A DNA stretch of 43,012 bases from Oleiphilaceae bacterium (lineage in GTDB: Bacteria; Pseudomonadota; Gammaproteobacteria; Pseudomonadales; Oleiphilaceae): contig JBFJZQ010000001.1 in assembly GCA_041622015.1 (NCBI GenBank), positions 1 through 43,012 of the forward strand, written 5' to 3'. The notes below the pieces were generated by a model. The model did no database searches. It had not been told where the DNA came from and saw only the letters and a program-made list of their open reading frames with translations. The position numbers and the translations under genes are program-made. This document shows positions 29,803 to 38,900 of this stretch, in pieces. The number at the start of each line of letters is the position of its first letter. The stretch's first letter is position 1.

Positions 29803-30984
29803 ATGACGCATTCACAACTTACACAGTGCCCGCACTGCAAAGCATCATTTAAAGTGTCAGAAGAACAGTTAAATGCTGCCAATGGTAAAGTTCGTTGCGG
29901 CGCGTGCCTCAATATCTTTGATGCAATTGCTTATCAGATTTCATCGCAAGAAAATTTAAAGCAAGATGTTGACGACCCACATGAAAACATCGATGCATCT
30001 CTACTTGAGCCCGATGATCTCGCTTTTGATTTCGATGACACCATTGATCTCGAAAATGAACTACTCGATAGACCTCAAGCACAAGAGGACGACGAATTAT
30101 CTGTTTTCGCCGATGACCCTGAAGAAGACAAGCAAGAAAAAGGCTATACCGGCTCAACAAAATTTGGCAACGAGCTAAGCACATCATTTCTTGAGCTTGA
30201 AAAAGCTGATAACGATAAATTCAAGACACAGTTTTTAAAAGATGATACCCCAGTTGATTCCGAAGAAGATAGCATCGATGAAAGTTGGACATCGAGCATT
30301 CTTGACGACCTCGAAGAAAAAGAAAATACTAGAATTGAACCCAGTCTTTCAATAAGTGAAGACACAGAAATAACTGAACCTGAAAAGCCAATTACTCAGA
30401 TAACATCTGATTCACCAATTGATCACAATCATCTTTCTCAAAAAGAGTTAAATTCACTTAACTTTGAATATGATCAAGACCCGACGCCAAAAAATAAATG
30501 GCTTGTAGGGACTTTGTTATTCCTACTCAACTTAAGTTTATTGCTTGTTTTACTAGCTCAAGCAAGCTGGTTTCATTATGAAAAACTGGTGAAGTACCCT
30601 AAAGCTTCGGAATTATATGAACTAGCATGCCAGCAGCTCGGATGCAAGCTCCCTATTCTCAACGATATTTCTAAGATTGATAATAAAAACCTTGTCGTTA
30701 GAAGCCACCCGACCAGATTTAACGCCTTAATTATTGAAACAATCATTACCAATCATGCTGTATTTGAACAGCCTTTTCCTAATATAAACTTGTCTTTCTC
30801 GAACATTAATAATCAAGTTATTGCTCAACGACTATTTAAACCATCTGAATACCTTAATACTAATATTCTCAAGTGGCCCGGGATGCCTTCAGAACAACCC
30901 ATTCAAATCACCCTAGAAATTATTGATCCTGGCCCTGAAGCCGTAAATTACAAAATTAATTTCTACTCAACCATTGATCAATAG
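29803..30984 (+). CDS. zinc-ribbon (MJ0042-type) and DUF3426 domain membrane protein
   Basis: 393 aa. N-terminal TQCPHCKASFKVSEEQLNAANGKVRCGACLNIFDA, a long acidic linker, one TM helix (WLVGTLLFLLNLSLLLVLLAQ), and a C-terminal beta-rich domain. Same position (prmA - x - dusB) as in pseudomonads. Confidence 0.8.
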   Translation: MTHSQLTQCPHCKASFKVSEEQLNAANGKVRCGACLNIFDAIAYQISSQENLKQDVDDPHENIDASLLEPDDLAFDFDDTIDLENELLDRPQAQEDDELSVFADDPEEDKQEKGYTGSTKFGNELSTSFLELEKADNDKFKTQFLKDDTPVDSEEDSIDESWTSSILDDLEEKENTRIEPSLSISEDTEITEPEKPITQITSDSPIDHNHLSQKELNSLNFEYDQDPTPKNKWLVGTLLFLLNLSLLLVLLAQASWFHYEKLVKYPKASELYELACQQLGCKLPILNDISKIDNKNLVVRSHPTRFNALIIETIITNHAVFEQPFPNINLSFSNINNQVIAQRLFKPSEYLNTNILKWPGMPSEQPIQITLEIIDPGPEAVNYKINFYSTIDQ

Positions 30985-31165
30985 ACTGATCAAATGTCAA
31001 CCAATCAGCGCAAAATATAACCAAAAAAAACTGCCTTTTTCGCTTTTCGCTCCTGAATTCAAAGAGTATCATTAGCGCCCCTTAAGAAAGCCGTCATTTT
31101 AATTATTGCCAAGACTTTAAACGGAACTTGCTTGGTGTCGCTGTTTACTATGCGTGAGATACATC

Positions 31166-31225
31166 GTGCTCAAAGACCATGCTCTTAAAGACTATGCACT
31201 TAAAGACAACGTGCTTAAAGTTGGT
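31166..31225 (+). repeat. 15-bp tandem repeat, four units, at the dusB 5' end
   Basis: Units are gtgctcaaagaccat / gctcttaaagactat / gcacttaaagacaac / gtgcttaaagttggt, with shared core g..ct(t/c)aaaga. If translated it encodes (V/A)LKD(H/Y/N) repeats. Confidence 0.85.
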
Positions 31226-32212
31226 CCCTATCAGCTGAAAAACAGACTGATACTCGCACCAATGGCTGGCGTTACAGACAGACCGTTTAGACAGCTATGT
31301 CGAGAACAAGGTGCGGCCCTGGCAGTTTCTGAGATGGTAATTGCTGACCCAAGCTTTTGGAAAACACAAAAGTCCGTCCATCGCCTTGATCATCGTGGCG
31401 AAGATTTACCTATTTCTGTGCAAATAGCGGGGGGTGACCCTGACATGCTGGCAACGGCCGCAAAGCTAAATCAAGATATGGGTGCACAGATTATCGATAT
31501 TAATATGGGCTGTCCTGCCAAAAAAGTATGCAATAAAGCAGCGGGATCGGCCCTAATGAAAGATGAAAAGCTGGTACAAGCGATACTCGAAGCGGTCGTT
31601 TCAGCTGTCGATATCCCCGTGACGTTAAAAATCAGAACCGGTTGGGATACCGAGAATAAAAATGCCTTAAGCATTGCAAAAATGGCTGAAGCATCTGGTA
31701 TTCAAGCCTTAGCAATTCATGGCCGAACCCGCTCATGCGCCTATAAGGGTGATGCTGAGTACAACACCATAGCCCATGTAAAACAGCACTTATCCATTCC
31801 GGTTTTTGCAAATGGGGATATAGATTCACCTGAAAAAGCCTTGGAAGTTCTTAATTACACGCAAGCAGATGGCTTGCTGATTGGCCGCGCCGCCCAAGGT
31901 GCACCCTGGATATTTGACGATATTCAATACTTTCTCGAACATGGAAAAAGAAGACCACCAAAAGCCTTATCTGACATTGAAACAATCATCCTTTCTCATC
32001 TTCAGAATTTGCACGCTTTTTATGGCGACAAAATGGGGCACAGAATAGCAAGAAAACATATTGGCTGGTATCTCAAAGCAAATGCCAGCCATGCAGATTT
32101 CATTAAAGAATTTAATCGAATTGATAACCCAGAGGCACAGATCTCAGCAATAAAAATAGAATTCGACAAACAAAAATACCTACAACTAAAGAAAGAGGAA
32201 TATGCCGCATGA
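31211..32212 (+). CDS. dusB: tRNA-dihydrouridine synthase B
   Basis: [52 protein letters not shown] 31211 gives an N-terminus co-linear with E. coli DusB (MRIGQYQLRNRL...). The tracked ORF extends to GTG 31154 through the tandem repeat, so the start is uncertain. Confidence 0.9.
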
Positions 32213-32508
32213 GCACTGAAGTACTAATCGAAAGCCCCTCACATGAACAAACCGCAACCGACCCGACTGTGATTGAAAATGCATCAACCCTTCGGGATTG
32301 CGTTGAATCCACGCTAAGCAATTATTTTGCACAACTCGATGGTGCACCCGTGACAGATGTGTACCAACTGGTTCTAACTGAAGTTGAAGCCCCTCTTCTG
32401 GAACAAGTATTGAAATATACACGCAACAATCAAACTAAAGCATCGACTCTCTTAGGTTTGAATCGCGGCACGCTTCGTAAAAAATTAAAACAATACGGAC
32501 TACTTTAA
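32209..32508 (+). CDS. fis: DNA-binding protein Fis
   Basis: 99 aa. C-terminal HTH ...[25 protein letters not shown]. Its ATG overlaps the dusB stop (ATGA). Confidence 0.95.
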
Positions 32509-32544
32509 TCTCATATTTTTCAGTCATAAGTTTTAGGATTTTTC

Positions 32545-34122
32545 ATGAATAGCACGAACGATTTTGTTCAAGTAAAACGCGCTTTAATCAGCGTTTCAGA
32601 TAAAACAGGTATAGTTGAGTTTGCCAAGTCACTTAATGAACTGGGCGTTGAAATTTTATCTACTGGCGGCACCTATAAGTTACTAAAAGAAAATAATCTA
32701 CCGGCTATCGAAGTCTCTGATTACACGGGTTTTCCTGAAATGATGGATGGCCGAGTCAAAACCTTACACCCTAAAATTCATGGTGGAATTTTAGGACGTC
32801 GAGGCCAAGATGATAAGGTAATGAGTGATCACTCAATTCAAGCTATCGACATGGTAGTAGTTAACTTATACCCCTTCGAACAAACCGTTGCAAACCCCGG
32901 TTGCTCGCTTGAAGATGCAATTGAAAACATTGATATTGGCGGCCCTACGATGGTTAGGGCAGCAGCAAAAAACCACCCCTTCGTAAATATTGTGGTGAAT
33001 GCAGGCGACTACCCAGAAATCTTAGCCGAAATGCGTGCCAATAATGCATCGACAAGCATAGCAACACGCTTTAATCTAGCCATTAAAGCCTATGAACACA
33101 CCGCAGCCTATGACGGCGCTATCGCGAATTATTTTGGTAAAAAAGTGCCCGGCGGCAATGCCGACTTCCCCAGAACGTTCAATATCCAAATGACTCAAGC
33201 GCAAACATTACGTTATGGCGAAAACCCACACCAAAAAAGCGCCTTTTATGTTGAGAAGCATGCTTCAACAGACTCTATTTCTGGTGCCAAACAAATACAA
33301 GGCAAAGAACTTTCGTTCAACAATATCGCCGATACTGATGCAGCCCTTGAAACGGTCAAGTTGTTTGAGCAACCCGCTTGCGTGATCGTCAAGCATGCCA
33401 ACCCTTGCGGTGTTGCTGAAAGCGAGTCTATTGCAACAGCCTATGACTTGGCGTATGCGACCGATCCAGAATCGGCATTTGGTGGCATCATAGCGTTCAA
33501 TAGACCACTTGATGCAAAAACAGCGCAAAATATTGTTGATAGGCAGTTTGTCGAAGTCATTATTGCGCCGAGTATCAGCGAAGAAGCTAAAACGGTCGTT
33601 TCCAGCAAGCAAAATATTCGCTTATTAGAATGTGGCACCTTCCAGAAGAGTACTAGCTCATTAGATTATAAGCGCGTGAATGGCGGCTTATTAATTCAGG
33701 ATAGAGACTTAGATTTAGTAACTGCTTCCGACCTTAAAGTCGTGACTGATCGCAAACCCACACCAACTGAGATTACTGATCTACTATTTTCCTGGAAAGT
33801 AGCAAAAATGGTGAAATCTAACGCTATCGTCTATGCAAAAAATGCCCAAACAATCGGCATTGGGGCTGGACAAATGAGCCGCGTCAATTCAGCTCGTATT
33901 GCGGTGATTAAAGCGGATCACGCAGGTTTAGCCGTTAAAGGTTCTGTCATGGCATCTGATGCATTCTTTCCCTTCAGAGATGGCATTGATAATGCCGCTG
34001 GGGCAGGTGTCAGCTGTGTAATACAGCCCGGCGGCTCTATGCGCGATCAAGAAGTCATTGATGCAGCGAATGAACATGGCTTAGCGATGGTTTTCACAGG
34101 CCAGCGTCATTTCAGACATTAA
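32545..34122 (+). CDS. purH: bifunctional AICAR formyltransferase / IMP cyclohydrolase
   Basis: 525 aa. [31 protein letters not shown], and C-terminal [33 protein letters not shown]. Confidence 0.97.
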
Positions 34123-34152
34123 GTCTTCCTGAGTTTTGCAAGCGTAATATCA

Positions 34153-34189
34153 ATAAGGGCATACCTAAAAGGTAAGCCCTTATTTTTTC
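34153..34189 (+). terminator. Rho-independent terminator of purH
   Basis: ataagggcatacc ... ggtaagcccttat long stem (one A-A mismatch) with a TAAAA loop, followed by a T-run. Confidence 0.85.
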
Positions 34190-34559
34190 TAATCTGAATA
34201 TTACCACTTACTTTAGTAATTCCTTGCCAGAAACATTACTCTTTCCCTGCTCCTGCTAAACGATGAAAACCCAAGCTTCATCATTAAAAATATACACATA
34301 TGTAAAGTTAATCACTGTTTAATGTATCGACCTGGCAAGCACCAAAGTGACAGCCCCAGACCTTTGTCAGACTCTCAATAGCTATACTATAAACAAAGAC
34401 CATGTCGAAAATAATTACACCACAAAAAATAAAACAACCTAAAAAAAAATATAACATATTGATATTAATATACTTTATTTTTATGGCACACAAGATGCCA
34501 AATACATCATGAACTATAACAGTAACATCTCCTTAAATAAGACTTGTTAAGTATAGGTC

Positions 34560-34650
34560 CTGAACTTGTGACCAAACCCGCTGCAAAGCAGGAACGGAAA
34601 GCCTAGGGCCTTGATGGCGCCCCCCCTCAAGACCACCCAGCCACAACCCT
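34560..34650 (+). promoter_or_regulatory. candidate c-di-GMP-I (GEMM-I-like) riboswitch aptamer in the leader of the PEP-CTERM gene
   Basis: A three-way junction can be drawn.
- P1: uugug 34566-70 pairs with cacaa 34642-46.
- P2: cccgcu / agcagg capped by a GCAA tetraloop (34577-92).
- J2/3: AACGGAAAG.
- P3: cu(a)ggg / cccag plus cuuga / ucaag (34603-40).

The 5' half, CAAACC-stem-GNRA-stem-GGAACGGAAAGCC, closely parallels the V. cholerae Vc2 aptamer CAAACC-AUUC-GAAA-GAGU-GGGACGCAAAGCC as I recall it. The aptamer ends about 15 nt before the AAGGAG RBS. Not verified with a covariance model. Confidence 0.5.
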
Positions 34651-34673
34651 AACATCAATCTAAGGAGAACTTC

Positions 34674-35252
34674 ATGAGCTTCAAAAAAACATTATTAATA
34701 GTTGGTTTACTCGCAGCATCAGTTTCAGCTAATGCTCTTGTCATAGGTGAAATTAGATTCGCAGCCACGAACTCAGCTTCAGCATCTGTTAATTTTTCTT
34801 CTGGCGATGTGATTTTCAGCCCAAGCAAAAACAATGCAAACGTAATATATTCTGATGGCATATTCGCCGGACTAAACGGTGTTGCCAATGCTTCCTTATA
34901 TGACTTTGACTACAAACTTGGTTCAGATTCTTTCAGCGATATTATTGGTAAAAAAATTTGGTCAACAGGTGTATTCACATTTACAGTCGACAACATTTTT
35001 GGCCCTCCTGTTGAAGTCAACACGCCTAAATATAAGATTTTAGGCCTAGGCGGCACAGGGACCATTAATGATGGAATAAACAACATAGATGGTTGGTTGT
35101 CTCTCTCGCTTGATACAACTGGCGCTAAATTCTCTTTTTCTGCAACATCTAGTGCTGAATATACGCCTGTATCTGTTCCTGAGCCTGCCCCAATCGCTTT
35201 ATTTGGCTTAGGCCTTGCTGGCTTAGGATTAGCACGTCGTAAGCTAAATTAG
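34674..35252 (+). CDS. PEP-CTERM sorting domain-containing secreted protein
   Basis: 192 aa. Strong RBS aaggag. Signal peptide MSFKKTLLIVGLLAASVSANA. C-terminal VPEPAPIALFGLGLAGLGLARRKLN (PEP motif, TM helix, basic tail). Confidence 0.88.
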   Translation: MSFKKTLLIVGLLAASVSANALVIGEIRFAATNSASASVNFSSGDVIFSPSKNNANVIYSDGIFAGLNGVANASLYDFDYKLGSDSFSDIIGKKIWSTGVFTFTVDNIFGPPVEVNTPKYKILGLGGTGTINDGINNIDGWLSLSLDTTGAKFSFSATSSAEYTPVSVPEPAPIALFGLGLAGLGLARRKLN

Positions 35253-35284
35253 TACTCGAAGCAAGGTTGAACTTACTTTAAAAA

Positions 35285-35314
35285 ATCGAAGCTCGTTTTG
35301 CTTCGGTTTTTTTA
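35285..35314 (+). terminator. Rho-independent terminator of the PEP-CTERM gene
   Basis: cgaagc (35287-92) / gcttcg (35300-05) stem with a 7-nt loop, followed by GTTTTTTT. Confidence 0.8.
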
Positions 35315-35501
35315 TGCTTGCCTCTCCCAGAAAAAGTGTGAATTTTCAATGCTCATCTAGAGATCATATAACATCAATTCAATATCAGCATTTAACAAAT
35401 ACATCGCACAAAAAAATCTGCACGGGTTTATTATTTCAGGTTACACTTAAAAACTCTTATAGAATTTGCATGGATGCAAAACTCATAACCTGAGGTTTTT
35501 T

Positions 35502-35912
35502 GTGTCTGACTATATACGAATAAAAGTACGCGGTTATCATCTTGATCAACACGGCCATTTAAACAACAACGGTTACACCCGTTTTTTTGAAGAAGCACGA
35601 TGGGCTTTATTTGAAAACTACAATGCTATCGAGTTTTTTTCACAGCTAGACCTAACTCTTACCCTCGTTAACAGCAACATAAACTATCGCCACCCTTGCT
35701 TCTTTAACGATGCGCTTGAAGTGCATACAAAAGTCATGCGGATCGGCAATACCAGCTGTAAAATTGAACAAACTATTTATATTGAAGGTTCCAGTAAAAT
35801 AATAGCTGAAGCCAGTCATACTTTTGTATTAATGGATAATCATGAACACAAGGCCATTCCGATTCGCGGTCAAGCTCGTGACAAATTAGCCCAGCTAGCA
35901 AACTCAGCCTAA
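35502..35912 (+). CDS. acyl-CoA thioesterase, 4HBT/YbgC-FadM family
   Basis: Hotdog-fold N-terminus IRIKVRGYHLDQHGHLNNNGYTRFFEEARW (catalytic Asp context). GTG 35502 with a gagg SD is preferred over the tracked TTG at 35466. Confidence 0.8.
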   Translation: MSDYIRIKVRGYHLDQHGHLNNNGYTRFFEEARWALFENYNAIEFFSQLDLTLTLVNSNINYRHPCFFNDALEVHTKVMRIGNTSCKIEQTIYIEGSSKIIAEASHTFVLMDNHEHKAIPIRGQARDKLAQLANSA

Positions 35913-36083
35913 GATCGGCGTTCGCTTACCGTTTCTACCCCCTAGCTCCAGTCATATGCGCTTCAAAGATTTTATCTATTCCTCGAATACGGTATCCTTG
36001 CCAACAATTTTTATTGCGCATCTTTAATCCACTCTTAAAGAAGCGCCTAATTTAGACTCAAATTTAGATATCAGGCTTATATT

Positions 36084-37376
36084 ATGAATATTTTAGTGAT
36101 TGGTAGCGGTGGCCGCGAACATGCGTTAGCTTGGAAAGCAGCTCAAAATGAATCTGTTGAAACCGTTTATGTCGCTCCGGGTAATGCCGGCACAGCAACA
36201 GAAGCCAAACTGAAAAATCTCGATATAGATGTCATGGACTTTTCTACCCTAGCAGACTTTGCACAAAACAATCATGTTGCTTTAACGATAGTGGGCCCAG
36301 AAGCTCCCTTAGTTGATGGCATTGTTGATTTTTTTCAAGCCAAGAACCTTCGATGCTTTGGTCCAAGCAAAGGTGCTGCTCAACTTGAAGGCTCAAAAGC
36401 ATTTACCAAAGACTTCCTAGCACGACATAATATTCCAACAGCTGATTACCAAAACTTTACCGAAGTAGAACCGGCACTTGCTTATCTACAAGAAAAAGGC
36501 GCCCCAATTGTCATCAAAGCCGATGGCCTGGCTGCAGGTAAAGGCGTAATAGTCGCTATGACCTTAGCTGACGCGGAGGAAGCCGTGCGTGATATGCTTT
36601 CTGGCAATGCATTCGGTGATGCGGGTTGTCGAGTCGTTATTGAAGAGTTTTTGGAAGGCGAAGAAGCAAGCTTTATTGTTATTGCTGACGGCAAAAATTG
36701 TTTAGCCATGGCCACCAGCCAAGATCATAAACGCGTTGGCGATGGAGATACAGGCCCGAATACAGGCGGCATGGGCGCATACTCTCCGGCACCGGTGGTC
36801 ACCGCAGAAGTGCACCAGCGCATCATGGATCAAGTCATTAATCCTACTCTTGCAGGCATGGCAAAAGAGGGCAATGACTACACAGGCTTCCTTTATGCCG
36901 GTCTGATGATTTCTCCTTCAGGTGAAGTAAAGGTGATTGAATATAACTGTCGTTTCGGTGACCCGGAAACCCAGCCCATCATGATGCGTTTAAAATCAGA
37001 TTTGATATCACTATGCCAGTCAGCGCTTGATAAAACCTTAGATAAACAAACGACAGACTGGGATGAACGTGCAGCCGTGGGCGTTGTCTTAGCTGCAGGT
37101 GGTTACCCAGCAGATTACAAAAAAGGCCATATTATTTCGGGCCTGGACTCACCATTAAACAATAATTCGACTGCTAAAATATTCCATGCGGGCACTAAAC
37201 TTAGTGGCGACAATATTGTTTCCTCAGGCGGCAGGGTACTATGCGCAACAGCCTTAGGGAACAGCGTATTGGAAGCACAACAACTTGCTTATGCTTTAGC
37301 ACAAGATATTAATTGGTCGGGCAGTTTCTATCGAAACGATATTGCTTATCGTGCTATTGCGAGAGAGCAGAAGTAA
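36084..37376 (+). CDS. purD: phosphoribosylamine--glycine ligase
   Basis: 430 aa. MNILVIGSGGREHALAWK, VIKADGLAAGKGV, EYNCRFGDPETQ. Confidence 0.97.
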   Translation: MNILVIGSGGREHALAWKAAQNESVETVYVAPGNAGTATEAKLKNLDIDVMDFSTLADFAQNNHVALTIVGPEAPLVDGIVDFFQAKNLRCFGPSKGAAQLEGSKAFTKDFLARHNIPTADYQNFTEVEPALAYLQEKGAPIVIKADGLAAGKGVIVAMTLADAEEAVRDMLSGNAFGDAGCRVVIEEFLEGEEASFIVIADGKNCLAMATSQDHKRVGDGDTGPNTGGMGAYSPAPVVTAEVHQRIMDQVINPTLAGMAKEGNDYTGFLYAGLMISPSGEVKVIEYNCRFGDPETQPIMMRLKSDLISLCQSALDKTLDKQTTDWDERAAVGVVLAAGGYPADYKKGHIISGLDSPLNNNSTAKIFHAGTKLSGDNIVSSGGRVLCATALGNSVLEAQQLAYALAQDINWSGSFYRNDIAYRAIAREQK

Positions 37377-37404
37377 TATTTCATAACCTATAAGGAATAG
37401 CACC

Positions 37405-38199
37405 ATGCTTGAAGAGATTGCTCAATTTGCTAAAAGTCTGGCAATCGAAGCGGGTTGCTTAATTGCCGAACATCGCCAAAATGGCCATGTTCGGCATAAC
37501 TATAAAGATCAACAAGAACTTGTTACCTCGGCTGATATTGCAGCCGACAAACTTATTATCGACCGAATTCAAGCGACTTATCCAGAGCACAGGATTCTCT
37601 CTGAAGAAACTTACACAGACAAAAACTCGATCAAGGACTTGTCTTCACCTATTTGGATTATTGACCCCATTGATGGCACAGTCAATTATGCACATGGGCA
37701 TCATATGGTGGCTATTTCCATCGCTTTTGCTTGCGAGGGCGAAGTTAAATTAGGTGTCGTTCACAACCCATTTCTTAATGAAACCTTTCACGGCATTCTG
37801 GGACAAGGCTCTTTTCTTAATGAACAGCGCCTAGCGGTGAGCCACGCTAACAGCCTCAGAAAATCACTTATTGCCACAGGCTTTCCTTATGATAAAACGA
37901 CAGTTCCTGTGATTATGCAAAGAACCCAAAAAGTGTTAATGGCATGTCAAGATATTCGGCGTTTGGGTTCAGCAGCCTTGGACATATGTTGGGTGGCGAG
38001 TGGAAGATTGGATGGTTATTTTGAATCCCTGAGCCCATGGGATTTTGCAGCAGCACGCGTTATCGCGCTAGAAGCCGGCGCGAAATGTGGCCATTTTCAG
38101 GCGGTGCCTGATGACATAGCGCCGTGTATCTATGATCAGAATTTACTTATTAGCACACCTGAAATCTATAACGAATTATATCACCTCCTTCATACATAA
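37405..38199 (+). CDS. inositol monophosphatase family protein (SuhB-like)
   Basis: 264 aa. ILSEE..., WIIDPIDGTVNYAHG, ...WDFAAARVIALEAGA. Confidence 0.88.
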   Translation: MLEEIAQFAKSLAIEAGCLIAEHRQNGHVRHNYKDQQELVTSADIAADKLIIDRIQATYPEHRILSEETYTDKNSIKDLSSPIWIIDPIDGTVNYAHGHHMVAISIAFACEGEVKLGVVHNPFLNETFHGILGQGSFLNEQRLAVSHANSLRKSLIATGFPYDKTTVPVIMQRTQKVLMACQDIRRLGSAALDICWVASGRLDGYFESLSPWDFAAARVIALEAGAKCGHFQAVPDDIAPCIYDQNLLISTPEIYNELYHLLHT

Positions 38200-38237
38200 A
38201 ATAAAAAAGCCGTTATATCTCAATAAATTCCATGTAT

Positions 38238-38262
38238 AAAAAAAGGGGCCAAAATGGCCCCC
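38238..38262 (-). terminator. intrinsic terminator oriented for the minus strand, with no annotated gene to terminate
   Basis: ggggcc / ggcccc perfect 6-bp GC stem with a 5-nt loop. On the minus strand it is followed by T7 (38244-38238). On the plus strand it is followed only by CAAAAG. Confidence 0.6.
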
Positions 38263-38702
38263 AAAAGTTTACTACAACTAGGGATTGAGAAGTGATCATT
38301 GGGAGAGTATTAAAGCGCAACTTCACCACTTCCCTTACGCTCTATACACAGCATAGACCCTAGCTATCAAATTCGCCTGTTCGCTTTTCAAATAACAACG
38401 TTTCTAAACCTTTGGTTACATTTATCAGAAAACCATGAACCCATTCTTCACCAACAAACTCACCAAAAACACAAAATAGTTATTCAAACCAATGATTTAT
38501 CTTGCTAATCTATAATTTAGATTATATTATTCTCTTAATTAACTGTTACACAATACAAAGATGCTGTTAAAAGCTTTCAATGTATCAAGTTTTAGTCTAT
38601 ATATAGCAGCGATATATAACGATAAACAAAACAGGCAAACAAAAGTTATTTAAATTTTCGTATAACAAAAAAAGTGATTGAAATAACAGGTAGGTAGCAC
38701 TT

Positions 38703-38900
38703 ATGTCACAAGAAGCTCTTGCACCAACAGAATACAGCAGTGAGTCTCCACAAAATGTGAGAGATAATATTCGTCAACAATTATCAAGTGATATTGAAAA
38801 CTTCCTTAAAAATGGCGGAAGCGTTCAACGAGTAGAAAACAATGTTCGCGCCGACCCCCCTAAAAAGCCAAGCATGAATTACGGCAGCGCGCCAATCTAG
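38703..38900 (+). CDS. small hydrophilic protein (65 aa), possibly SutA-like RNAP-associated regulator
   Basis: Good SD (aggtagg, 8-nt spacing). The C-terminal half ...IENFLKNGGSVQRVENNVRADPPKKPSMNYGSAPI resembles my recollection of the SutA family C-terminus. This is from memory only, so treat it as a hypothesis. Confidence 0.5.
   Translation: MSQEALAPTEYSSESPQNVRDNIRQQLSSDIENFLKNGGSVQRVENNVRADPPKKPSMNYGSAPI

Noticed and set aside
34308-34493. 61-aa minus-strand ORF in the purH-PEP-CTERM spacer
   Set aside because: The region is extremely AT-rich, the product is Ile/Phe/Asn-rich, and there is no RBS. This is a typical spurious ORF in a promoter region.
34655-34888. 77-aa minus-strand ORF
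   Set aside because: It is antisense to the PEP-CTERM gene, which has an RBS, signal peptide and sorting signal.
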